The notes under the pieces are model-generated. The model was given only the letters and a program-made list of their open reading frames with translations, ran no database searches and was not told the DNA's origin. This document shows positions 13,151-24,853 of a stretch of 64,000 nucleotides of DNA, one piece after another. A program made the translations under genes and the position numbers. The stretch covers positions 303,552 to 367,551 of the forward strand of contig MU619237.1 of NCBI GenBank assembly GCA_025201805.1, in the 5' to 3' direction. The stretch comes from Parasitella parasitica NRRL 2501 (Eukaryota > Fungi > Mucoromycota). Numbering within the stretch: the stretch's first letter is position 1; each line of letters starts with the position of its first letter.

Positions 13151-14233
13151 TTATCTTTATAGAAATTTATGGAATCCTAAGGACATAAATTGATTAATAA
13201 AAATCTTTAGTTTTAGTCATGAATTGCTTCATTTGACCTAAAGATGATAAGAGAATAGATGCAGCAGCTTTCAACGTAGTGTGCATATCTTCTGCGAGCA
13301 TGGGAATAGCATAGAACGTCATGTTTTATCAATTATATAAGGGACTAAGGCCAATGTGCGTAGGTAAATGGTGATTTACATTGCATGCTCTATTTAGAAA
13401 ATTTAATTACGGTCGTACACTATGATGTTGGCACATAATGTATTTTCATATAAACACATCCAGAAGATGTAATTCTAATAAAAAGTGTAGCTCTTGGCAT
13501 GCATATTCATTTTACTGACTGATTTTGACATAAAATGTCATATGGAAACCTATTCATCAGGAGGTATTGACTTATTTTAACCCATGTAAGTACATACTCA
13601 CTATATGAATCCCTAATAACAGTGCTTTTAAGAATTCACTATCAATTGCATTCTTGCTAAAGCAAGCGATTTTTATAAAGTCTCATGATACAGCGTGAAT
13701 ATCATTTAACCCAAGTACGCATTTCACGTCGCCAATAAATATTACAATAATGCTCATAACATACAATCTAACAGACATCCAATGCTGCAAAGAAGGATGC
13801 TGAATCCTTAAAACCTTCCATTATTGCTCTAGGTATGATGATGTTTCATTTGGAGGAATAGATTGTTTTTTTTTATTGTTTTGTAGTAGAGGAGTGACAT
13901 TAAGCTAACTCTAAATCATGTTAAGAGTGTGTGATTTTAAATGCAAAGCGTAATTGGACAAGACTCATCCTAATACACGACACGATACGACATTTTTGAT
14001 AAGCCTTTATTATATGCCTCGTTGATATTCATCTATCAACCATCATAGCCGGATGGACATCGTATCAAACCTGAGATTGAGACTAGTGGAACAATCTAAT
14101 AAAAAAAAAAAGAGACGGATTACCTTTAAATATGTAAACTATCCTTTCGAACAAAACCATGTCTCTACGGCGACTTGCAATCTAATATATCTTGGAGATG
14201 TTTCTGTTTGGGCGGGCAGTTATATCGGCTCTA

Positions 14234-14264
<31 letters not shown>

Positions 14265-14274
14265 NNNNNNNNNN
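14265..14274. other. Assembly gap (N run); others at 40264-40273 and 53315-53339
   Basis: N runs, each adjoining a homopolymer. Confidence 0.99.
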
Positions 14275-14655
14275 CAGATGTTGCACACGTAAAAACGTCG
14301 ACATCAAGAGTTATAAAGTCTGGTGAAACGGTAGATCTGAATGATTGCAATGCTTGGATTAGACATTCCGTATCATTTTTCAAGGCTGTCCAGAGCTCAA
14401 AGATATGATGTAGACAGTTGTTTGCTTTTTTTTTTTTTTTATCAAGTTCAAATGTGAAAAGTTGAATTTAAGGTGTGATTGTATCCAGATTTTGCTGATT
14501 CAGGAGTAAATCTTTCCTCTTTTAGAAACTTTGCAGCTTTTCTCACCGAGCTTTCTCAAAAACGCCGGACATTTCATCAGAAATCCTGAAACTTATTCTC
14601 AAAAAAACGATGTCATTTTTAACCATCTTCTTTGAGATTTTATTCCAAACCATCA

Positions 14656-15477
14656 ATGAAGTATTCACTGAGCATTGCAGTCGTAGCGACTACAGTCCGA
14701 TTTACTACATCAGCAGCGGCAGATGTAGCGTCCGAAGTAAATGCAATATTAAACGATACGATTGGCAATTTAGCTAGAGGAGACTCTTCAAAAGTAGCAG
14801 CAACTGCAGATGGACTGATGCATATATTCACAGCTTTATCAACGGCAGCAAGTCTATCTATATTCTTTTTCAAATATCTGACTGGATTTACGATTACGAT
14901 TACGATGTATATACTAACTCCAATGCTATGGCTATTCAGGACTTGCTGGCATCAATTCGTCACTAAGCCCTGGGATTTATTTTTGTACGTGTTACATGTA
15001 TTGTATCCAGTCATAATGTTTTGCACAGCAGCTGTTTGTTGCGGTGTATTCATTGGTGGTTGCGCAGGGTTTGCAGCAGAAGCATTTTCATCCATTCTGA
15101 TCACTGCAACCTGGGGACCACAAGCTATCAAGGGAGTCGAACAAGAAGAAAATGTTGAATTAGTGGAAGGCTTGGCCAAGGAAGACGGGGAGTCGAGTGA
15201 TAGATCAGATACCGAGCAGGAAGAACCAGACTATAGGAACGATCACAATGGTAGGAGGCCAGCTAATTTCTTTGGATCAACTAGAAGTAGAAAGGAAAAA
15301 GAGCCATTAATACCGAGGGTGGAGAGCTGGAGAGACTCTCTGTCAATATCAAGCACATCGTCTTCACCCGTGCTGATCAGGAGAATGAAGCTATCTTCGA
15401 CGGATAGAAAAGACAGTTGGGAGTGGGATGAGGAGACGGAAGAGGAAGTTGAATTCGACCATATAAAAAATAAATAA
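14656..15477 (+). CDS. Hypothetical multi-pass membrane protein, intronless
   Basis: 273-codon ORF with hydrophobic N-terminus, several hydrophobic segments and an acidic/Ser-rich tail. Confidence 0.75.
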   Translation: MKYSLSIAVVATTVRFTTSAAADVASEVNAILNDTIGNLARGDSSKVAATADGLMHIFTALSTAASLSIFFFKYLTGFTITITMYILTPMLWLFRTCWHQFVTKPWDLFLYVLHVLYPVIMFCTAAVCCGVFIGGCAGFAAEAFSSILITATWGPQAIKGVEQEENVELVEGLAKEDGESSDRSDTEQEEPDYRNDHNGRRPANFFGSTRSRKEKEPLIPRVESWRDSLSISSTSSSPVLIRRMKLSSTDRKDSWEWDEETEEEVEFDHIKNK

Positions 15478-15547
15478 TTTTCGTTTCTTCCCTCTTTCTA
15501 CCTTTTCTTCCTTCTTCTTTTTTTTTGTTGTTGGTAAAACAGGAACT

Positions 15548-16720
15548 ATGAGTCGATGGCCTTGGCAGCAAGATGTATGTAATCAGGTGTCAACAAGAGT
15601 GAGGCCGAATAAAAAGCAGCTTGCCATAGCAATTCTGAAATGGGTCCTCATTGCAGCAATCTGTGGTACCGTCACTTTCTTCACAGTATTCGGCATCGAT
15701 TTTAATTCCCGGATAACACCAAGGGACTACTTGGCTTCAGCACGAGCTGCATCAGGCCCACTCTCTTCCACTTGTTTCCGCTCCAACGATGCACCACACA
15801 ATCAACATTTTGGAATTATACCCAGCGTGCCTGTCAAAGAAGACGATGTTTGCTTTGATTACGCCGGCCTAATCAAGCCCCAAAACAGCAATGCGACCAC
15901 ACCAACCATATATCACACATATTGGTCTACCCAGATGACGAGATACCTGACCGAGAACCAGCTTGCCGCTTTGCGTTCATTTGCAGCCACTCAACCACCG
16001 CAACATACCCTTTATTTTTGGATTGCATCACAAGATAAACCAGACCTACTCAAATCAGATAGTTTATGGCATTCAGTAAAGTCGCCCAACATTCAGCTCA
16101 AGATCATCGAGGACGAATCGAATGAGCTGCTAGAGAGCACGCCTCTTACAACCTTAGATGTGAGACATTTGCAACAAGTGCTTAGGCTAGTGTCCCTGTA
16201 TTCATTTGGCGGGGTTTGGTTCAATCTGGATGTGCTATTTGTAAGGGATCTGTCGCCATTGCTTCATTTAGAGTGGCTAACACAAGCAACATGCTTTGAG
16301 CTATCTCAATTCGCTTCAGCATCAGCAGTGGATAGTAGATTCTCAGGTGCCTTGATGCACTTCTTTCCAAAATCACCCTATTTGTGTGAAATGTTGAACG
16401 TAGCGTCAGACGAACTGAATGGCACAGTGAATGGATTGAAGCCGCTCAAATCTCTAGGGCCAGATTTGTACGCTCGAGTTTTCCACCGCGTGCTAAAGCA
16501 TCGCATTACGCCATGGGCTGTTTTGCCTTGGTGCTTTACGGATCCATCACAATGCCAGAGTTCCAATGCGTTGCCCGGTGTATTTGACAACATTAGAGAA
16601 TTCAATGTAGATCATTTGACCAAGATTTTCGCCTATCATTGGCATGAGAAATGGAACGCATCTCCTGGTACAATATTCAAGCATTTGGTTGAACAGCAAA
16701 AGCGATACACTATTTGGTGA
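15548..16720 (+). CDS. Glycosyltransferase family 32-like type II membrane protein
   Basis: N-terminal TM anchor; 'IYHTYW'; 'LRLVSLYSFGGVWFNLDVLFVRDL' (DXD region); 'FAYHWHEKW'. Confidence 0.85.
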   Translation: MSRWPWQQDVCNQVSTRVRPNKKQLAIAILKWVLIAAICGTVTFFTVFGIDFNSRITPRDYLASARAASGPLSSTCFRSNDAPHNQHFGIIPSVPVKEDDVCFDYAGLIKPQNSNATTPTIYHTYWSTQMTRYLTENQLAALRSFAATQPPQHTLYFWIASQDKPDLLKSDSLWHSVKSPNIQLKIIEDESNELLESTPLTTLDVRHLQQVLRLVSLYSFGGVWFNLDVLFVRDLSPLLHLEWLTQATCFELSQFASASAVDSRFSGALMHFFPKSPYLCEMLNVASDELNGTVNGLKPLKSLGPDLYARVFHRVLKHRITPWAVLPWCFTDPSQCQSSNALPGVFDNIREFNVDHLTKIFAYHWHEKWNASPGTIFKHLVEQQKRYTIW

Positions 16721-16838
16721 ATTTCGTTGTATTATATTTGTTTTTAAAAACGTCCCTCCTTCATTCAGCTACTTTTGTTTTTTTTTTTGTTTTTTTTTAT
16801 ATATATTTTCCTTGCTTGAAACCTGTAATAGTGATTTC

Positions 16839-17630
16839 ATGAACCATTTATATAAAAGCCCTTCTTTTTTGATGAAAAGGACTTTAATGACACAAAAAAA
16901 TAATAACATTTTGTACTATAACCCTGGCTCTGTATTCTCAAATGTTGGTGTCCTGTTGCTGTGTCAAAAGAACGTCCAGGACCAATTTGAGCTGCGTCCA
17001 ATTCAAATGGGCGTCGATAACATATCGCCATGGTATATAGAGCTGAATCCCAAAGGCCAAGTGCCCACCCTTGTCCATCAAGGCAAACCAATTCCAGATA
17101 CACTTGCTATCGCTTCTTACTTGGATGAGCAATTCAAGCCCTCTATTTTTGCAACCAACGATGCCCAAGTCATGGCGTTAATTGAGCAATGGCGGCAAGT
17201 CAGAGTCTTGTCATTGTTGTCTGGTAAGAGAACTGCGCTACAGGATGTAAGCCAAATGGCAGCAACATTGGCGAATTCTCGTCAGCAAGTAGAAGAGTAT
17301 GCCAAATCTAATCCAGAGCTTGCAGAAGCATACAGTATACGCCTAGATATACACGATGATCGGTCCAAGATTCTCACTGATCATGATGTGTATTTGATGC
17401 ACAAGAAGAGATTGACAAAACTGCTGGACGACACGGAAAAGGCTTTATTACAAAACGACGGAAAACTGCTTCCAAGAGGTCAAACAGCGGCAGATGCTTA
17501 CGCTGTAGGGATTCTGTATTGGCTCAAAAGTAAATTAGACTTTGATATCCTGGACTCGAGACCAGTGATTGAAAAATACTACCAAGAGCAAGCATCAAGC
17601 CCTCATTTCATTAATGCGTTTAAAAAATAA
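16839..17630 (+). CDS. Glutathione S-transferase-fold protein, GDAP1-like
   Basis: 'LYYNPGSVFS...NISPWYIELNPKGQVPTLVH...DTLAIASYLD' (GST-N); 'TAADAY' N-cap motif; start codon could be 16839, 16872 or 16887. Confidence 0.85.
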   Translation: MNHLYKSPSFLMKRTLMTQKNNNILYYNPGSVFSNVGVLLLCQKNVQDQFELRPIQMGVDNISPWYIELNPKGQVPTLVHQGKPIPDTLAIASYLDEQFKPSIFATNDAQVMALIEQWRQVRVLSLLSGKRTALQDVSQMAATLANSRQQVEEYAKSNPELAEAYSIRLDIHDDRSKILTDHDVYLMHKKRLTKLLDDTEKALLQNDGKLLPRGQTAADAYAVGILYWLKSKLDFDILDSRPVIEKYYQEQASSPHFINAFKK

Positions 17631-17692
17631 AGATAGATCGTGATATACTAATGTGCAAGGGAGGTGGGGGAGGTGGGGAGGGGGGGGGGAAG

Positions 17693-18721
17693 CTAATGAG
17701 CAAAGTCGTGTACTCGAATTAATGAGGAGTCTGTGGGATGGTATTTTACGATGCCACCTTTGACGAGAGTTTGGACATAGGGTGGCCAGTAAGTGCCAGG
17801 GACTAATTTGATGTATGGATCATCGGGAGAATCGACCGACTGATTTAATAAATCTTCCAAGAGCGTTTTGAATTCACATGTCTTACGGGATTCTCCAGCA
17901 ACCTAAAGTATCAAAGTGTGATGTTTGATTGTCAGTTGCCTTGGTTCGTTGGATTAAACACTTACATCGACAGAATGAGGTGGGTAGAACTCCTCGAGCA
18001 GATCAATCAAATCGTGGGTATCTTCCTTATACTGCAGCTCCCATATTTCCTGTTCTTTGCGTAATTCCTCGGGATAGAGCTGGAAATATGTTTCTTGAGC
18101 TGCCTTTCTTTCGGCTACTTTGAGAGCAGAGTACATTTTTTCACATTCGGACAAGATCATCGTGTCCTCACGCAGTGCATTGACAGTGGTATCCAGTTGC
18201 CGTTGTGCGAATTCAATTAAACTCTCGTATTGCTTGATTTGTGTGTCCAAGTCTTGTCTAAATTCGATTTCCAAGATGTCGTCATTGCCGTGCTCCATTT
18301 TGTCTATCTTCTCCATCTCTGCAGCTACAAGGTTGTTTATCTCTCGATGTTCAAACATCAGTGCTTGCAACTGGTTGCGGGCTGCTGAAGATACTCCATC
18401 TGATGTGCTTTTGAAGACAGCATTGGCTTGGTCATTTATTCGCTTGTTTTCCAGCTGAAAAAAAAAAAAAAAAAAGAAAAAAAAAAGAGAGATTCGTTAG
18501 AGGAGAGTGCTATGTCCAGTCGTAGGTCTACTTACGCTATGAAGCTTGTTCCACAAGTCTGTCTTTTCCTTCTGCTGTGCTCTCAAAATACGATCAAGAT
18601 GCTCACCTCTGGCAGTCTTGTCATCGGAGCTCTGTACGACTGGATCTTTGGTAGCCACGTCTTTGTAGTTTTGAGTAGCTTGCGCTATGATGTTCTGTAA
18701 GGCACTTTGCAGTTGGGACAT
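17693..18721 (-). CDS. CENPK: Centromere protein K (CENP-K/Sim4), 3 exons
   Basis: Coiled-coil body; C-terminal exon 'LLEDLLNQSVDSPDDPYIKLVPGTYWPPYVQTLVKGGIVKYHPTDSSLIRV' is the CENP-K signature; introns ~18455-18535 and 17903-17965. Confidence 0.85.
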
Positions 18722-18889
18722 GTTGAGTGTTGAATGTTTGCGATGGGAAAGAAAGAGAGAGAGAGAGGGAGACAAATCGCGTCACTAACAGGATGCGTCT
18801 ACATGCCCGCCAGTCCAATTGAGCTTCCAATAAACTTGGGTTTTTTTTTTCTTGTTTTTTTTGTTTTAAAATAAAAAAAATCAATCAAC
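18722..18889. promoter_or_regulatory. Compact bidirectional promoter CENP-K/TAF7
   Basis: 168 bp between divergent ATGs; two CCAAT, one CCCGCC, one CGCGTCAC. Confidence 0.6.
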
Positions 18890-20312
18890 ATGGATACACC
18901 CAAAGAAGCACCAAAGGTGGTGAAAATTAGAAAACCAAGACAGCCGAGAGGCACAAGAGACAAAACAATCAAGATCAAACTCACGGCCAAAAAAAACAAA
19001 GTAAAAGACAGTGAAGAGAGACATCACGTTGTCCTGCCAGAAGACGAGGACGAGGAGCCCGAGGCTGCCATTGAGGAACACATGATATTTAGAGTGCCAG
19101 AAGGCGATATGTGCAATCGCCTACATGAAATGATCAAAAAGAGAGAAATCCCAGAGGATGTCAAAATACATTTCAAAGGTAAAACGAACGAGCGGAAAAT
19201 ATCACAAGAAAGTTGGCGTTTAAACCGCTGCTTTTTCACGCAGACAATAGAAAGGGTTATTTTGTCTTTGAAGGTCGCAAGTACGATGTGCAGCTAGTCG
19301 ATTTACCGACTATTATCGAGTCCCAAAAGACATTGGACAAGAAACAGTTTTACAAAGTAGCCGACATTTCCCAGGTATTTTGCAGCAGATGGTTGTTTTG
19401 GTCATGACTGATTGGACAAAATATGGCAGATGTTGTTAGTGGATCCCACCTCAGGACCAGAGCCATTCATACCACAAACGAATAGTCGATTAGAGACGGA
19501 CCCTTATAGCTTCCCTCATGGCTTGACACCGCCGTTGAAGCATGTTCGCCAAAGACGATTTCGAAAGAAGCTATCCAAAAGAGTATGCGGTTAAAGCGAT
19601 GGTGAAAGATCAGATGTATTGACGCTGATGCACTAGGCTATCGAGGAAGTAGAAAGAGAAGTAGAAAGATTGCTAGAGATCGACGCCACAGCAGAAGATG
19701 TACAATATGGTAGGACAGAATAAAGCTGCACAGTGCAAACAATTACTGACAGTGGACCTACAGAGGTGGTTGACAATCGAGAAATGGAGGTTGAATCAGA
19801 TGCTGGCACGCAGGACATTGATATCGATGACAGTGCCGATGAGAGCGAAAGTGACGAAGATTTGGCGGCAGCTATTGACCGTGATTTAGAGATGATGGAG
19901 GAAGAAGACGACGATGATAAAGATGACGACGACGAAGACGAAGATGAAGACGAAGATGAATCGGAAGAGGATGAGGATGAAGAAGAAGCTGCCCAAACAG
20001 GCGAGATTGGTTAGTGCTTTTGTCCATACCAACAGTGCAACATCTTTTAAACCCTCGTTAAATAGAACAAAAACGCCAAGAAATTGCTGAAATCAAGCAA
20101 GCTATTCAGCGCAAAACACGTGACCTGTCAACCGCACCTAATGCTATGCTCAAGGTGATTATTATATGATGATTGGGGTCGGTTATATATATTAACACAT
20201 TTCAACTCAATAGAACCGATTTGAAACTGACATCAACAATTTGAAAAAGGCATTGACCTTGAAGGAAGCCCATCTTGCTGAAATGAACGAAAAAGAAAAG
20301 GATAAGCAATAA
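18890..20312 (+). CDS. TAF7: TFIID subunit 7 (7 exons)
   Basis: 'IEEHMIFRVP', '[29 protein letters not shown]', 'FPHGLTPPLKHVRQRRFRK', 'IEEVEREVERLL', acidic tract, C-terminal coiled coil. Confidence 0.93.
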
Positions 20313-21268
20313 ATTCTACTTGTACATATATACCATTTTTTTAATAAGCTGTGAGGCTAGTGGCTTTAAAATACTGTCGTATTGTGCAGTTTCCGAAAAA
20401 AAAAATCAAGCCAATGCTAAAGGTCATGATGATTGTGATAAAAACCAAGAAGTTTCTGAGAGAAGAGGAAAAAGATTTCAAGTGATGATTTTCCATATTT
20501 AGAGAAAAAGGAGTTGAAGATAAATATTCTTTAAAGAACATTGTTTTTCTGGAAATGGCAATTTCGAACAAAATGAGACAGGCTCTTCAATCCCAATTCA
20601 TACCCCGCGGGCATTGCAACAACATTTGATTACTTGCTTCCATTCATCAAATCAAGTCTTTGTTTTGTGCTGAACAAAAATAGACACATAAACCATCTTT
20701 ATTTTTTTATGGTTAGCTGGTGAGTTAGAATAATTGTAAATTGTAAATAATAACCTTAATAGCGCATTCGATTTAATAAAGCACTGAAAGGCATTTGTAC
20801 TCGTGGTCATTACATTGTTGTACCATTGTCTCATCGCTCATTTAGATACTTTTATTGTGATTGCAATTCTTCAGGAGTGTTCAATATAGAGCTTCGTGTA
20901 GACAAAGAACCTCAGTTCAGGATGATACGCGCATGCTAATATGTATAACAATAGCACTTGCGGATCGTCTCTGCCGATCTCTTTTTGTCACAAGGAAGCC
21001 TGCTGATGTATGGAATTTTGCATTCCCTTTTAAAAAATAAAAGAATGAACAGGTGTAACAGATTCTTAAAACAGCAGTTTAGGCGGCGCATACTGTACTC
21101 GTCTCCTTATGGCTCATGAGTTCAGAATGAGCCATCTTGTGTATCATGCTTTTGCCATCAAAAGAACATAAAGAATCTCGAATGTTAACATGTAGAGAAA
21201 AAAAAAACTATATAAATCATGCAATTGTTGTATGTTCTTTTTTTTTTTCCTCCATCAAAACAATCAAC

Positions 21269-23362
21269 ATGGAAAACACAAACACTACCACTAAACAAGA
21301 ATACAAGTATTTTGTTGGAATTGGTAAGACTATTATGGTATTAGATACGTTAAAAAGATGATTCAACTAACACTCAAAAGACTTTGGAACTACCGAATCT
21401 AGCTGCTGTTATGCTATAAGGGGAGAAAAAGATAGAAACAATGACAAGCAAATTGCTGTACACTCTGTCGGCTATTGGTGAGTGCACTAGTTATTGCAGT
21501 TACCACACTCAAACACTAATACGCATTATTTATGTAGGTCTTGTCAAAGCATATTTGATTTCAAAATCCCTTCCGCTATTGCTTACCCTGATTCCTCAAA
21601 ACCTGACGTATATATTGGAGGAAATATAACAAGATATCCAAACGCTATTACAAGCTTGCCAGACAAGCTAGGTTCACCAGACGGCATAAAGAATTGTGCA
21701 GATTTTTTGAAGGCGTTCAATGCTCACGTCTTGTCAATAATTGAACACAAAGAGAAAGAAAATGGAAGAGAACATGACGATGTTACTTTAGCCAACATTC
21801 AATACTGCTTCACTCTTCAGCATGCTCAATATAAGGATAACCTTCTTGAAGCACTGAAGTTGGCTGAAATCTACTCAAGCGAGGACCACGAGGACAAAAT
21901 CTTGATTGTCGACACTCAATTGGCAATGGCGAAGAAGATCAGGAAACTCCAGCACATTGAAAACAATTTTATTGTCTGTGAAATTGACTCAAAGTTCACC
22001 AAAATCAAGTCAATGGAAATCATTAAAGAAAATGGACATTTAAGCGCAAGAGAATCCGGTGATTCGATTACACTTGGTAAATTAGGTGATGAGCAGATTG
22101 ATGAAATTATCGAATCAGTTGAGAACCTGTATAAATCAGAATTTGCGGTACATGTAGTCTTGAGCGGAGGTGGGCAGTCAATCTCAGATTATATGAAGCA
22201 AAAATTGGAAGAAAAATTGAGCAAAAGATTGGAAAGAGATGTACAAGAAAAGCTTGACAAAGAATTGAATGAGCTACTGGAACAAGTTAAAGAAACAACA
22301 ATTAACGAAAAATTGGATGAGGCGTATGATTGTCTGGTTCAAGAATTGCGTTACTACACAAAAGAGGCAACTAGAAAGAGAATGATCGACGACCAATACT
22401 ATAAAGCCTTACGCAAATTTACTGCTTTGAAAGACAACTCAAAGTTGCAACACGCATTGAACAAGAAACTAGATGAAAAGCTGAAAGAATTTAAGCATGA
22501 TGATACTCTTTTGGCTAAATTTACAAAAGGTTTGCGAGCCAAACTACATTCTAAAGAAAACGTGGTTCTCGAGTCAAACAAAGAGCAAAATCAAAACCAA
22601 CCCGACAATTCTTATTTGGAGGAATTGATAGAAGATATGAAAGGCAGCATCTCTGATACATTGGATAATGTACTTTGCAATATATTCGAGGAACAAGCAG
22701 CTGAATTCAGGAACAACTATTCAGTCCAAGGATCAGACGCAATTTTTGATCAAAATTTGAAAGAGTTCGATCAAAAGTTAGAAGAATTGGGAGGGTTGGA
22801 TGTCAAAGAAGTCCAAGAAAAGTTGAAGAAGTACGAACTGGATACAATTCTTGACCAAAGATTAAAGTATCATTGCGAAATTTTGCGTGAGAAGGAATTG
22901 ATAAATGGCAACCAGATAGAAGATGAATGTGAGAACTCTTACCAACAATTGACCAAAAAAGAGGAGTCGAGAAAAAGATGGGAACGCTTTTACAAGATAA
23001 GATTGGAATGCGTGCCAAGAAATAAATGGGAAGACGAACTGAAAAACTTTAAATGCAATTATGACAAAGGAAAAATAGAATTGCATGCTGATTTCATTGA
23101 AAAAAACCAGATGGAATCCGATGAAGAATTGGACCTGAAATCGGCAGATTTGAAGGAAGATTTCAACGAACAGCTTTCACTTTTTAAGGAAAGATTTGCT
23201 AACGAATTGCAAACTTTGAAGTACAAAATAGGAACAATGATCAATGAATCGGAACGACAACGAGTCTTGAACGAACGCTTCGCTGAAAATAACATTGTAA
23301 GAGAAATTGGCGATATATCAGCAGCTGAAGCCGCAGTAAGCATCTTGACTGCAGAGCTTTGA
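21269..23362 (+). CDS. Divergent Hsp70/HSPA12-like actin-fold protein with long coiled-coil insertion (3 exons)
   Basis: Spliced 'KYFVGIDFGTTESSCCYA...YW...KIPSAIAY'; 'ADFLKAF', 'IQYCFTL', 'FIVCE', 'VVLSGGG..SDYMKQKL'; introns ~21324-21380 and 21478-21537. Confidence 0.75.
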
Positions 23363-24853
23363 ATGCCAAGTACGTAGGCTTAAAATTTCTACGGTTTTGC
23401 TTCATGCATACAGTACAATACAATAAAATCCATTTGTAACCAAATTAAGCATACCTTTTACTTTTCTTTCAAACCTCTTTTCTCATTCCAATTGTGCAAA
23501 ACATTAGTTTTTCAAATATATTGCACGGAAACCCGATCGAGTAGAGGAAATGCGGCATGAAATAGACGAAATGAGAGTGCACTATTTTGGACAGAGAAAA
23601 AACCACAAGCAGTGCTATCAACCCATCTTTTCAAGAATGTTTCGCAAATGAGAAGGCTATTCTGAAGCCTATATAATCACTATAACCATCGTTATTGCTA
23701 ATCTTTTAAGAGGCAACAGCAATGAGTGTAAGGCGTGTAGGTAAAACATCAGATGTTATAACTCTGCTTTGAGTTGTTCGTTCATGATTGCAAGTTTGGA
23801 AAGACTGCTGCAAATAATATCTCTGGAGCCTATGCCTTTCGTGTTTAAGGCAGTGTTTATCATCTAATGAGATCTTTTTTTGTTTCATACAAAAAACACG
23901 AGCTCTACTACCCTGGCTTGACTGAAATTTGCTCTAATACATATCTTTGACGCTGATAATATGTTGAGTAATTATAGTGTGAATATTATACTCAATTGGC
24001 AATGTGATAAATAAATGAATTGACTTGAAATGATCACAACAAAAGTTATCTTTAAGACTATATTCGCTGTAGCTGATTTCTTTCAATCAAATAAAATGCA
24101 AAGTCTATAATTGTATTTTTTCTCTGTGTTTCTTATTTCTACTCTTCTCATAAAATTCAATTTTGTTCCAATTTATATAAACAGTGCTCAGAACAAAAGC
24201 GAGGATGTCTCTAAAACTAAAAAACAATTAGAAATTCTACAGATTTCGTAAAACTTGGAAAAGATAAAAAAACGATAGTGTTCTTACGTATTGAACCAGT
24301 GATTAAGTAAACATTATTTATGGATTCAATCAAATATTGCACATTTTTAGATAATCATTTTTTCTTTGTTGTACTACAGTTCGAACCTTCATTTAATAAA
24401 ATTACGTAGGATTTTATTATAAAACTAGTAGACTATAGACACATTGACTAGCTAAAGACATTTCTAAATGCTACGATTCTATCAAAAACCTTAAACCCGT
24501 TACTGAAGAAGAGAAATAATATATATGTATGATATCCGCCATAAGATGAGTAAACATTAAATGGTTTAGTTTATATATTTTGTTGGGCAGAATGTTGATA
24601 ATTATTTTTGTAACAAACTTCATTGTCTTATTATTAATTGCAGATATTAGCACTCTTTTATCAAGATATCTAACATTCGTCAACGAATTTTTGTCATTTA
24701 TGCTATTAAAAAACAAATCAGGAGAAATACAACTTAAGCAGCATTGATTGTACTACCTGCAGGTCAGTGGGGTGTTATTACAGAAGAAAATGAAAAAAAA
24801 AGTGACCTTTAGGCAATCAGAAAGTCTTTCAACTTCGACTTTGATTCATTGAA

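Noticed and set aside
14238-14274. Long homopolymers beside N runs as functional elements
   Set aside because: Lengths are unreliable at assembly gaps.
19711-19733. Apparent 23-nt in-frame intron in TAF7
   Set aside because: The acceptor at 19763 gives a normal 53-nt intron with a branch point and restores 'VQYEVVD'.
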